Assembly: GCA_001244265.2 (NCBI GenBank)
Contig: CDLV01000007.1
Coordinates: 558,001-622,000, forward strand
DNA length: 64,000 nucleotides
Reading direction: 5' to 3'
Origin: Microbotryum violaceum
Lineage: Eukaryota
A program made the position numbers and the translations under genes. Numbering within the stretch: the first letter of the stretch is position 1; each line of letters begins with the position of its first letter. A model generated the notes under the pieces. It was not told the DNA's origin. It ran no database searches and worked only from the letters and a program-made list of their open reading frames with translations. Below, in pieces: positions 1 to 10,884 of the stretch.

Positions 1-267
1 ACTCAAACTTGCCGCAACGAGGGGGTTGCTGTTGCATCTCAACAAGCTGGAAAAGGATGGTCAAGTGCAGAGAAAAGAAGCTTCGGGATCTGATAAGGAT
101 GTGGCACCTTTGCCGGGGTGGAATGATGGATGGAAGTGGGTCGGATCGGGGAGTGGACGGGCCAGTCCGAGTGGGGCCAAGATTTGATTCACAGACGCAT
201 GATATTACAACATGGGTTGTACTGCTGTGCGAGAGATGAACGATGCGGAGATGTACAGTGGAGGAAG

Positions 268-1130
268 TTATGAAATGTCGAGGGAGGGGTTGCGACTCTT
301 TTCGATCCGGGTGACTTCTTGCTCGGCTTCGGAGACAATATCGTTCCATTGAACAAACACTTCGGAGAGGGTCGAGATCTGCGCGGTGCTCGTAGACCAG
401 TGCTCAGCTTGAAGGCGCGACTGCAACTTGTGAGCGGATGGACGCACATAATCGTAGTACCGGCTCAAGAGGTTGTGGGTCTTGTGTTCGAGGTCTTGAT
501 ACGATGCCGCGACGGGTTTGACGTCTTGCTTTGTCCGAGCGAGCTCTGTGCTCAGATCTTGGTGTTCTGTGATGCAGCAAAGGTAGGGGATGAAGATCCG
601 ATTGTGCTGATTTCGAGGGATGTAGTGGCGCCACTGGATGATCACTCACGAGCCAGTTCGCCCGCGCCGACGACGCCTTGATCGTCCAGCAGTGCGATCT
701 GCCTCAGTTCCCATTCGAGTTGGCGGATCTCGTACTCGGCTTCGAGGATGAGGCTGACTTTGGAGTGTGGTGTGAGGTCATCGTGGTTTGAGGAGGAGGA
801 GGGATGATGGAATGGCACAGGGGGTACGGTCAGGAGAGGCTCGTTCAGGTCGTCTGCGGGGGTCGCGAAGTAACAAGTCAATGCTCTGCTCGAAGAATGC
901 AACTTGACGCATTGGCCATACCCACAGTTGGCTACGAATTTGCGGAGGGCATCCGTTCCCGGCCCTGCTTCGAGCACGAGGTCGAGCGACGAAGCGAGCT
1001 GCGACACGCGACGGGACAACGAAGCCGTGTTCGAGGCTGAGGTGGGAGCGGTGGTCGAAGTGGATGACCGCGTGAGCAAGGTCTCGAGATAGCGTATCCG
1101 TAGATCGAGGGCTAGGTCGGGCGTGGACAT
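268..1130 (-). CDS. Dynactin p22/p24 (DCTN3/Ro10-like) subunit, multi-exon
   Basis: Spliced reading MSTPDLALDLRIRYLETLL...LRKFVANY|DLNEPLL...KVSLILEAEYEIRQLEWELRQI...LLSRYYDY|ISTLSEVFVQWNDIVSEAE. Small coiled-coil protein whose C-terminal LSxxFVxW pattern is typical of DCTN3/Ro10. Confidence 0.7.
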
Positions 1131-1196
1131 GGTTGCGGCGGGGACCAGGTAGAGGCTGAAGCAGCGGGAACGGGGTTGGGCGCGACGCGTGATGAC

Positions 1197-1226
1197 GTTG
1201 CACGCTGTTGCACGCTGTTGCACGCT
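1197..1226. repeat. Perfect tandem repeat (GTTGCACGCT)x3 in a divergent intergenic region
   Basis: Copies at 1197, 1207 and 1217, read directly from the sequence. Confidence 0.9.
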
Positions 1227-1522
1227 CAATCCTGCTCAATCGATTACTAATCAATTTCAGCCTGGATCGGGTCTTGGACTAGTCTTGGACTTTGCCGCGC
1301 CAAGCGTCTCCTGAGTCTCCTCGTCTTGTTGCATCTTGCACTGGTCCTCGTACGCGCTCATCTCACGCGGCAGCACTTCTCTGTCTTTCCTCCTGTCGCC
1401 CTAGCTTCTGACCTCACAGCCCCGTCTTTCATCTCCGTCGCCGTCTCGCGCCTATCCCCGTCCCGTGTCGGAAGGAGGCGCTTGATCCCGACCTAATATT
1501 CGATCCGACGCGCTGCCCCACG

Positions 1523-3218
1523 ATGGCACTGCAGATCTCTTCCCCCAACTCCAACTGGGACCTCTGGCTATCCCCCACCGTCTCCCTCTCGCTCATCATC
1601 GAGTCCGAAACCGCGGCCCCTTCCCTGACCCGCTCCCTGTCCCAATTCGTCCTCCTCGTCTTTCGCCGCTCGCTCCTGCAGGAACAGTTGAGCTACGAGC
1701 TCTCTCAGCGACCGCTAGGGCAAGGGGAACAGGTTGGAGCCGTGTCGAGCACGACGTTGAGGGTCGTCGATTATGCTTATCACAAGACTGTCGTTGGCGC
1801 TAATGTCGGTGCACGAGACTCTCCGAGCGAGGTGGAGGTCGGCTTCACTGACCGCGCGAGGATGTCGCCTACAGAGCGAAAGCAGAGGCACACCCATCTA
1901 CCCGGAAGAATTCGCAGCGACCATATCCACCGACCATGGGATAGACCAAACCACATCCGTCAGTACCCGACCTCAGTAGAACCGGCGAAGATTTTTTATC
2001 CGAACTCACCCTGAGCACCCTCCCCACTCTAGTCCTACCAACTCTTAGTCGTCTCCCTCGAACGCGTCATGGCCATGTACCACCTCGTAGACAATGTCCT
2101 CGAAAGGGCGGACACCAACTTCGAAGCAACGCAAGAACAAGGACGGGACGATCTGAGAGAACTGTGGAGCTTGTTGAGGCCGAATCGAGAGTTGCAAGGT
2201 TTGTCGGGCAAGTGGTGGGTCGATGTGAGTCCGGTTCAAGGTGGAGGTTGATCTTGAGGACCTATTGGCCCCTACTGAAATCGCCTGTGTGCGGGGCTTG
2301 CAGTTGGGATTCCAGTACGTGTTCGCGGAAAAACCTTTTCTTTCGAGAGGTGGAGAGCATACAGAGCTGACCGAGTCTGATACGGGCCCGGCAGAGGAAA
2401 TAATCCGGCGACAGACTTTCGTGATCTCGGTATCTTGGCGTGAGTAAGAACGCAAAGAACCAAACTCACGCCATTCCACGAGCTAACCCTCTCGTTTCGC
2501 TCCTCTCCATTCAGTCTTGACTCGCTCCTCTTCTTCGCACGAACGTACGGCCATCGCGCAGTTCAAGTCGTCGAGGAATCCGTAGAAGGAGGAGAAAATT
2601 GGTCGGTTCTTTGCTTGTCCGGACCAACAGGCCGAAAGCATTATTCGCTGATCGAAACGGCTCGAAAAACCGCCAGGTACCCGATGGCGCTCGGGGTGAT
2701 GCACATGACCGCTTTTGCCTTGGATCTCGCCAAGTCGGCAAGTGTTCTTGCATCAGTACATCACGCCTTTCAAAAGTAACAAAGTGAACTCACCAAAACC
2801 TTAACATTGTTTCCGCAGCGCGACCTCCAACTAATCCTCCTGCGGTCATACCAAGCCCCACCAGACGAACCGTTTTCTCGATCAGACCAAGAATCCGCGA
2901 CCCTCGGTCCTTTCTTGGCGATCGCGTCGGATTTGTACCTGTTGTTCCATTTACATTGGTTAAGAGGAGGGTATACGGTCATGCGTAAGTTTTGGCTAAT
3001 TTTGTCTTCTCGTGGGGCTTCTTCGGCGCTCTTCTCGATCTATCCCCTCCAGTGAAACGAAGATGTGCTGACGAGAGACGAATCTTCTTGATTCATCACT
3101 AGAATTCGAACAAGTCTCGAAAGAGTTCCAATACGCACTAAGGCCGTGGATCCGAAGAGGGGTGATTGATTCGAGGGCCTTGGGGTGGGAAACGGGCAGT
3201 GCGGGAAAGGTTGAGTAA
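1523..3218 (+). CDS. Hypothetical multi-exon protein, function unknown
   Basis: ATG at 1523 followed by protein-like segments separated by GT..AG introns (TPIYPEEFAATIS; MAMYHLVDNVLERADTNF; EVDLEDLLAPTEIACVRGLQLGFQYVF; RDLQLILLRSYQ...HWLRGGYTVM|QFEQVSKEFQYALRPWIRRG...KVE*). 5' exon structure is uncertain. Confidence 0.55.
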
Positions 3219-3420
3219 GAAGTGGAGCAGTCGATGGGGGTGGCGGGTGGTCAGAGCGGAAAATCCGGTTGATTAGTCTGGTTGTTTTTTGACCTTTGAT
3301 TATAATCTTGTTGTTTTATTGCTATCTTCCCCAAACCATGGAGCGGATTGATTTTCGTACTTGAACATTCGGCGTCATATCACCTAAGCCGAGGTCAACG
3401 TCTCCCAGTGCATACGCCGT

Positions 3421-3458
3421 CCAGACGCGTCGAGTCGCGCGAGGTCGCGCGTCGCGCT
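3421..3458. promoter_or_regulatory. MCB-like (ACGCGT/CGCG) cluster upstream of the Rad9-like gene
   Basis: ACGCGT at 3425 followed by several CGCG cores. MBF-type elements typically precede G1/S DNA replication and repair genes in fungi. Function here is inferred. Confidence 0.4.
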
Positions 3459-3652
3459 CTCAGAACGAGAGGCCAGATGTCAACCTCTTCTCTTCTCACC
3501 GTCTTACCTTACACGCCTCAAGTCACACGCGATTGTCTTCGTTTTCTTCACCCCTCACTCTGGAACAAAAGGGTCGAGCGAGGCTTGGCTCTCAAGGCCC
3601 CTTCATCTCCTCCGCAACTCGCAACTGGAACGATTATAACCCCCCAGGAGCA

Positions 3653-6600
3653 ATGATGGAACTCGTGCCCAACACTCCCTCGTCCCAAACTCCAAGTCAG
3701 CAAGCTGCCCCAACACCAACCCCGTCCCCCGTCCGAGCTCAGCAACAAACCCATGAAGCGGAGAAGCCTGAGCACTCAAGGATCGATCATGGTGGAGCAC
3801 AGGACGAGTCGTTCCTGGGAGTGGTGGAAGATTCAATGGCGAGGTCCTTTGGGGAAAGTTATCTGAGGGATTTGTTGCCGCCTACGCAAGTGGTCGAGGA
3901 GAGGTCGAATCACAATGTTGGGATCGGGGGAGGCGTGGATGGGGCTTCTGGTACGAAGCAGCGGATAGCGAGTCGAGGGGAACAAGCCGCTGTGCTTGTT
4001 CAAGGAACGAGCTCGGTCGAGATCGCTCAGGGTTCGTCGCCGGAACGATCCGGCGAGAGTGGTGGGATAGCATCAAGTCCGAGATATGGATGCGAAGGAG
4101 GTGATTTGAATGAATCGTTTCGCACTATGCCGGGGATGGACGCTTTCCACCGTAGAGGAGATGGGAACCAGACTCGGGAGAAACGAGATGAAGGAGTCGA
4201 GGACGGCTGGTATCTTACGGGGGAGCTGATGGGCGAGATGACGATGGAGATGACGAGAGTTGGCGGAGGGATACAGCAGCCACAGAATGGGATCGATCGA
4301 TCGGGAGTCGATGTGGATGATCTCTCGGCGGCGCAGAATTCGGCGCTTCTCGATCGACTTGCGGGAGGAGACGACAACGAATCGAATCAGATCAAGGAGG
4401 GACGCGGGGGAGAAGAACAGGTCTCGCCATCTCAGAAAGAGAATGTAGTTCCGTCCATCAACATCGGTCGTCGTCCCAGTCCATCGCCCACACCCTCAGC
4501 CTCAGCCTCAGCCTCGAGACCCCCACCACCGGTTTCTGTTTCCGCATCCATCTCACCCGACCGCGAGGAAAGTGCCTACCCTTCCTCATCCCGCGCCGTC
4601 GCAATGAACCTTCTCACCGGGCGATGCTCGACGAGCAAACTTGGGACGGCTCGATCGATGACAGAGCCGACGCCAAGTGGCGACTTCCACGACGAGGTGC
4701 TGCTGTTGCCGAGGGCGAGGAGCGTTCACGACGGGCTCTTGGAGATTCCGGAGATGGATGGACCGCCCGTAAGTTCGGGCTAGCAATATATAGAGGATTA
4801 CATTGCCTGTACCTAAATCGAGTATCCCTCAGTTCAGACTTCCACGCCAGCCCTCTCCAATGCCGCACCTCCCGACCCTCCTCGGACGATGGCTCGGCAA
4901 CGGTCCTACAGTGCCCACCCGCCCCATCTCGCATTGGCTCGTCCCGCTCGTGTCGGTTCGAAGCACCCCTCGCTTCCGATGGACCCACCACGAGCATTGT
5001 ACCAGTCCTCCGCGGTGATGCGTAATCGAGCTCCGACGCCTCCGAGAAGAAGTAGAGTCAAGGATCCGATGGAGGATACGCAGGAAACACCTTCCGAGCT
5101 GGACCCCAAGCCAGAATCTGAGGCGCTGGGCACGTCCACGCGGTCTGTGTTTGGTGTTCGAGTGGGGCACGACGATGATGGGGTCATGAATGGGGATCTT
5201 GAGCCTACGCAGATCGAGGCGGATGAAGGAGGGGAGAAAGACATGTCGATCGATGTGACCATGGGTGCCGGGCGAGAGCGATACCAAGGTGAAGCGACCG
5301 ATGAGGAACCCGATCAGAGTAAGGACGGGGATAAAACTGTTTCGACGCCGCGAGCGAGTGATGGACCCCCGAATAAAATGTCGCCCACGTTGTTGTCATC
5401 GAGTGACGTCGACGTGGACAGTCTGGCGACTCGAGTGACCGTCGAAACAGAAACGTACCAACTCTTCGCACCCGCTGCACCGGGTGTACGATTCATCACG
5501 CCCACGTCCACGGGAGCCAACATCCAAGACGTGACTATGGAACCATTGGCGAGCTCGGGCGTGACTACCGAATCGAGTCAAGACGTCGATCATCTTGCGG
5601 GGCTGTCGCTTGGGTTAAGTGAGATCGGAGCGATGAGCAGTCAGCCGGCGCCGACGCAATTCGAGATGCCGGCGACGCAGACGTACGATATCGAGCGCGC
5701 GGGACCGTTGTCCTTTAAACAGCAGGAGTCGATGGGTGAGTCCGCCAGATGTCTCAGTTCTACATCCTCGAACTTACTTCGAGCTCATTTCCCCGCAGAC
5801 CTTGCGCGTAGCCTTCGATCATTTGAGCACGACACGACCGAAGCCCCCCACCCACCTCGCGCACCACCTCGAGGCAGGAAACTCGAGCGTATCGCCCCAC
5901 CGCCGACGCCTGCACTCGTTCGAGCGCACATGAGCAAGGGCTCGGGTCTTGAAACTCTGGATGCCCAAATGGACCCTACGCAAATCGAAACGTGCATCTC
6001 CAGCCCTGCTGTGCATCAGGCGGGTGCCGAGGCGGTGCCGAGTAGCATCGCGCTTTCGACACCATGGTCATCGAATTCCGCCACAGAGCCTCGCTCGGAA
6101 AGGGAGTCGACGAGACCCTTGGGCGATGCCGCCGAGTCGCAAGATCCCGAAGGTCATGCTCAAGTGCTCGTACCGCCCAGTGAGGAACCGACCCAATTGT
6201 CCTCTGCTGGCCCTGCTCCAATGGAAGTCGACGAGGAAGCGTTCTCCGAGGTCGGCACATCGCTGCCCCTCAACTCTCGACCCCCATCGATCGCTTCAGG
6301 TCTTGTCGTCAAGGAATCTGTGAAAGAGCCCCAGTCTGTGGTTGTTCCAAAAAAAAAACAGAACGCCGTCGTCAAGGGTAAAGGCAAGAAGAGAGCCGAG
6401 CCCCCCGTTTCGGATGGTCCTTCGAGCGAATCGTTCGACCCAATCGACAGCCTTCCCCGCGCGCGCATCCGACGTCCGTCCGCACGACTGAGGGACTCGA
6501 TCGGAATGAGTGTTCAACCGGCGATCTTGAGAAACCCAGCATCGACGGACCCGGATGTGACGCTGCCTCCACTTCCTGACTTGCCGGCAACGTCTTCGCT

Positions 6601-8358
6601 TTCGTCTCTGCCGCAATCACTCGTTACCAGTCACGCAGCCGTAGCTGAGACGCGATCGTTGCTTCCGCCCGGTGAGGCGAATGCCAACGCCATGTCTCGA
6701 ACTGCCAAGCGAAGAAAGACGGGAACACCGACCAAAGTGAAGAAGGCGTCCGCCGGACGGAAGGCCAAGACCTCTCTGGAATCGAAGCGCAAAAGTGCTG
6801 TTCCATCCACTTCGAGGGTCACGCTTGATGAGGGCGCTCCAACTGTCCATTTTGACGAGCGTCCAAGTGAGCCCATCGATCGAGATTCATCTCGCGCTAC
6901 TTCTGTAAAAGCATCAGATACAGCCTCCCGAGATGTCAAGCCCCATTTACCCAAGTCCAAGCTGCCCTCAACGGCCCCGTTCGATCGAGTTTTTGGGCTG
7001 TGGCGTGACAACTCGTGGCTCTACCCCGCAACGGCAATCAGCGTCGGTGGAGCTCGGGTTCACGTTCGTTTCGATGACGGATCGAAGGGGAACCTCAAGT
7101 TCTCAGAAGTGCGACGCCTCAAGTTGCAGCGAGGCGATTGGGTTCGTTACGTCGGGGACGAGGCGGGGGACACGGAAACTCAAGTGACAACGTTGGCGGA
7201 GGACGTTCGCGTCTACCGCATCGAGTCCGAAGTCGACGGGAATGACGTGCAAGGTCATTGCGAGCAGGACGATATTGTCGCAGTGACGCCAGCTCGTGTG
7301 CCCTTGGCGGACCAGCCCGAGTTGGCCAGGCAGGGCCAGATCCAACGCTTGCTCGTTTGCGCGATCGCCATTCCTCCGCAGCACACGGCACAGTTCGACG
7401 ATCGTCGTCTAACCGCCGTCGAGATCGCTGGCTTCGAAGGTAAAGCCCCCGTCTCGGTCAATTCTCCGACGCTACTTTCGATTCCACCGCCGGACAAGGT
7501 AGAACCGCTGGTCGTTGCTCGACAAGATGGGGCGGGGTCGTTGTTCGCTCGCATGGCTTTCATCGTCACTTCGACTCGACCTGAGCAAGAGAAACGAGCC
7601 TTCCTCGAATCGATGCACGGCCATGGTGCGACCGTCATTGATGTACAACACTTGTACACCGTCGAGACTGAGAGTAACAAGGGTGGAGGAACCAAGATCA
7701 AGTTCCAGGTGGATGGGCTGAGGGACATTGACACAATCCTCCTCCTCGCCGATCAACCGCGAACGAGTCCGAAGTTCCTCGCTGCACTCGCGTTGGGCAT
7801 CCCTTGCGTTTCCTCCGTGTTTGCGACTGATTCGATCGAGCAAGTGAGTCCCAAATGCTCGACCGAACCTCGGTACAACATTGAAGCTGATCAGCATCCA
7901 CATCCCTCCAGAGCGCCCGTTGTGACTGGAAGCAATACGCCATCTCCACCGGGCACGTGCAATCGCTCAACGCCTCGTCCATTTACACCCAATACCGAGC
8001 CATGTCAAGGCCCTCCTTCGATGCCGCCGCTTTGGCCCAAGCCCATCGAGAAGGCTACGGCGTCTTCAACGCTCGTTCGTTCCTCTTCGCATTACCAAAG
8101 GCGCAAATTAGGAGCGTTCTTTCCATCGTCGTCGCTGCGGGGGCAACACGATTCCATGTCGTGGCGTCGGCTGAAGCGGCCTCTTCTGCTATAGGGTACG
8201 ATCATATTGTTTTGGAAGATGGGAGCAAGGTCCCGAGTGGACTAAAGAATCACTCAGGCGTGGCTTCGATGACATGGATTAAACAATGTTTGATCGCGGG
8301 GAGGTTGTTGGCACCGGCGATGATGCGACCGGTTCAAGTCATCGAGGTCGGACACTGA
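3653..8358 (+). CDS. Rad9/Crb2/53BP1-like DNA-damage checkpoint adaptor (SQ/TQ-rich region, Tudor, tandem BRCT)
   Basis: Introns 4769-4837 and about 7843-7911 join ORFs 3533, 4889 and 7957 in frame. Tudor-like RVFGLWRDNSWLYPATAISVGGARVHVRFDDGS; BRCT1 LFARMAFIVT...RTSPKFLAALALGIPCVS; BRCT2 ...VASMTWIKQCLIAGRLL; many SQ/TQ dipeptides. Start may lie further upstream (see findings). Confidence 0.85.
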
Positions 8359-8559
8359 AGGCTGTTGATGGCGAAGGCATTTTCTGGATTATTGTGCTTG
8401 TTGTACTTTTGCAATCGCATCGCATTCAGTCCCGACCACCATCATCCTCATCAAGCAGGTTCACGCCAGAGGCTTTCAATTCGAGAAACTGGTGCAATCA
8501 TACAAAGTATTAGAGAGTTATAAAACAAGCCACAACTGTCGCCTTTCCTCAGCAATTCC

Positions 8560-10113
8560 TCAGACCACCACGCTCGAACTCTCTCTCCTGACCTTGGGCA
8601 GCGAGTCGAAAGCCAGATAACTCCAACCCTCCTCATCGTCGACCGAACCAAACATCTCATCTGATCCTGGCCCGGCGTCGAGCGAAGAACCGTCGTTAGA
8701 GGTCCGCGCTAGCATCCCTTCGAGACCTTCATCACTCGATTCGCCCTTGCAAGGTGTCATGGCCGATGAAGGCCGCTTCATCACGACCGCTTCGACGACG
8801 AAGCGTTCCTCGTTCTCATCCTCGCTCAGGATTCTCGGACGATGGGAAGGGATCGATTCGGTCAAGATAACTTTGGGACGAGTGGGGGCTTGCTGTTTGG
8901 TCGAATTAGGTGGTCGTCGCGTAGGCGCATAGGTCTCTTCTGGAGTCGAGCCTGGGACCTGCCCCGTCGAGGGACGAAAATTGCGCGGCTGTCGAACAGC
9001 TCCTGCTTCGTACTGACGTATCGCACGAGCCTTGTTGAAAGTCGACGATTCCATAGACTCCATATTGGGTCTCGGATACCCCGTCGCGACGATATCTCCC
9101 CCATAATTCCTCTGCTTCACTCTTCTCGCATCTCGTTTGTTTCGCTTGAGAGCGGCTCGTTCTTCGGGCTCGCGTTCGGGGTTGGGCGGATTCAGTTGCT
9201 TGATCGTGATGGGTGAAGTTCCAGGGTAGACAGGTTGAATCGCGGTGGAGCCGACATCAAACGAAGTAAAGCCAAGAGTCGAAGAGGAAGGAGTGGTGTC
9301 CGCCTCATGCGGAGGAGTCGTGCTGGAGATCTCGCTACCTCCGCCGGCACCACCGAGCAAAACGACCCGAGAGATGCGAACATGACCTCGTCCGAGGTGG
9401 GAGAGCATGAGACCCAACGTATCGAGCGTTTCTTGCATATCGACTCGACTAAGTCCGACGAGCGTCCCCGCATCGAGCACGCCGAGTTCGTACACGGCGC
9501 AGCCACCGCCTTCGATCAGACGCCACTTGAGCTGGGTCACCAATCGTGCCAGACGATGCGGGGTCGTCGGGGTCTTGAGCACATACTTGTACTCAATATG
9601 ACCCGTCTTGTCTGATTCGGGTCCGATCGTCCGTACACCTTCGGGAAGCTCTTTCCTGGCTTGCATGATGAGACCATGGCCAAGCGAGAGGCCGTCAAAG
9701 TCTTCCTCAAGGCCGTTGGACAGGAGAGTTTCGATCGAGTCGCTTCGACGGATATGCGGAGGCGACCGCTCGAGTGCCCGGTCGTCAGGCGTCCCCGGAG
9801 CCGAGGTCGAGCGCGAGGAGAGGGACAGAGGCGAGTGTGATAGAGACGAGGCGGATGACGATAGATTTCTCCAAGGCTGTGGGGGGTTCGAGATGCGACC
9901 GGCGTCAGGATCAAACCTCTAGTAGTACCAGGGTCAGACACTGGCACTGTCGGCGCGTTCCGTCGATCGCGGCGCGGTGGGGCCGGAGGGTGAAACAGCC
10001 TCCGGGCCGCGGTAGCGCCCCCAAAGGACTGGGCCGTTGCAACCGGGTCAAGACATCTCACAAGAACGTACCGAGGCTAACCGGGGAGACTCGCACGGCT
10101 CTTCGCCAAACAT
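8560..10113 (-). CDS. Protein with GTPBP1/GTPBP2-type N-terminal domain but no GTPase domain
   Basis: Exon 1 MFGEEPCESPRLAS, intron about 10071-9919, then ...PESDKTGHIEYKYVLKTPTTPHRLARLVTQLKWRLIEGGGCAVYELGVLDAGTLVGLSRVDMQETLDTL, matching the GTPBP2 N-domain pattern GNIEYK..LVTQMKWRL.EG.G.A.Y.IGV.D.G.LVGL. The remainder is low-complexity with no GxxxxGKS/T, DxxG or TKxD. Confidence 0.8.
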
Positions 10114-10884
10114 GGTGAGGATAGCTACCTGCGCAATGGGCTCTGTGTGGCGTCAGCTGAGATTGGAGCAGCGCATGGTGTGAGTCATCGCGAATACCAC
10201 ACCCGAATGGCCGACTAGTAACTTGCGCCGGCTACCACAGTAGGAGCTGCACCACTACCAGTCCAACAACGTACGACAGTGATCCAAGTCAAATACGGTT
10301 CCCTTCTCGACAAGTTCGTGACTTCTTTGGAATGGGAACGTCTGCAGGAACGCGTTCGACCTCCCGAGGTCGAGGGGCGGATGAATGCGCGTATATCGAG
10401 CTGCAGCTGGGGGTGCGGGGTGCAGCCTGAGGCTGTATGTTGGGCGGATATGGAGAGCAATATGAGGTGTGCGCTGATTCAAGGTGATATCCGATCGATC
10501 ATTGGGAGAGGTCCGTTGATGCGAGCTGCTCGAGACTTGGCCGTGGTGGTGGGTGGCGGAGGGCGAAAGCAGCTGCTCGTCAAGCGAGTCACGTCCATTG
10601 TCGCGTCACGTGCAATCTCGTGCAATCAAGCGGGCGAGCACGTGCAGCTCGTGAGGCCGAGACGAGTTCAAAACACCAGTTCGGAGGCTCATTGCCAGGA
10701 CATGTCCAACAAATCTCCAATCCAAAATAAACTTACTGCGCAAGTGAGGTTAACGCACGGCAATAGGAGGCTAAAGGGGTATATGTAAGGTATATAATCG
10801 TTTGCTCAAAATTGGCTTGTCCAGAAAGCAGACGCGCCGGAATCCGCAATAATTCGTCAGAGATGTGACCTAGCTTCCAGGTCA

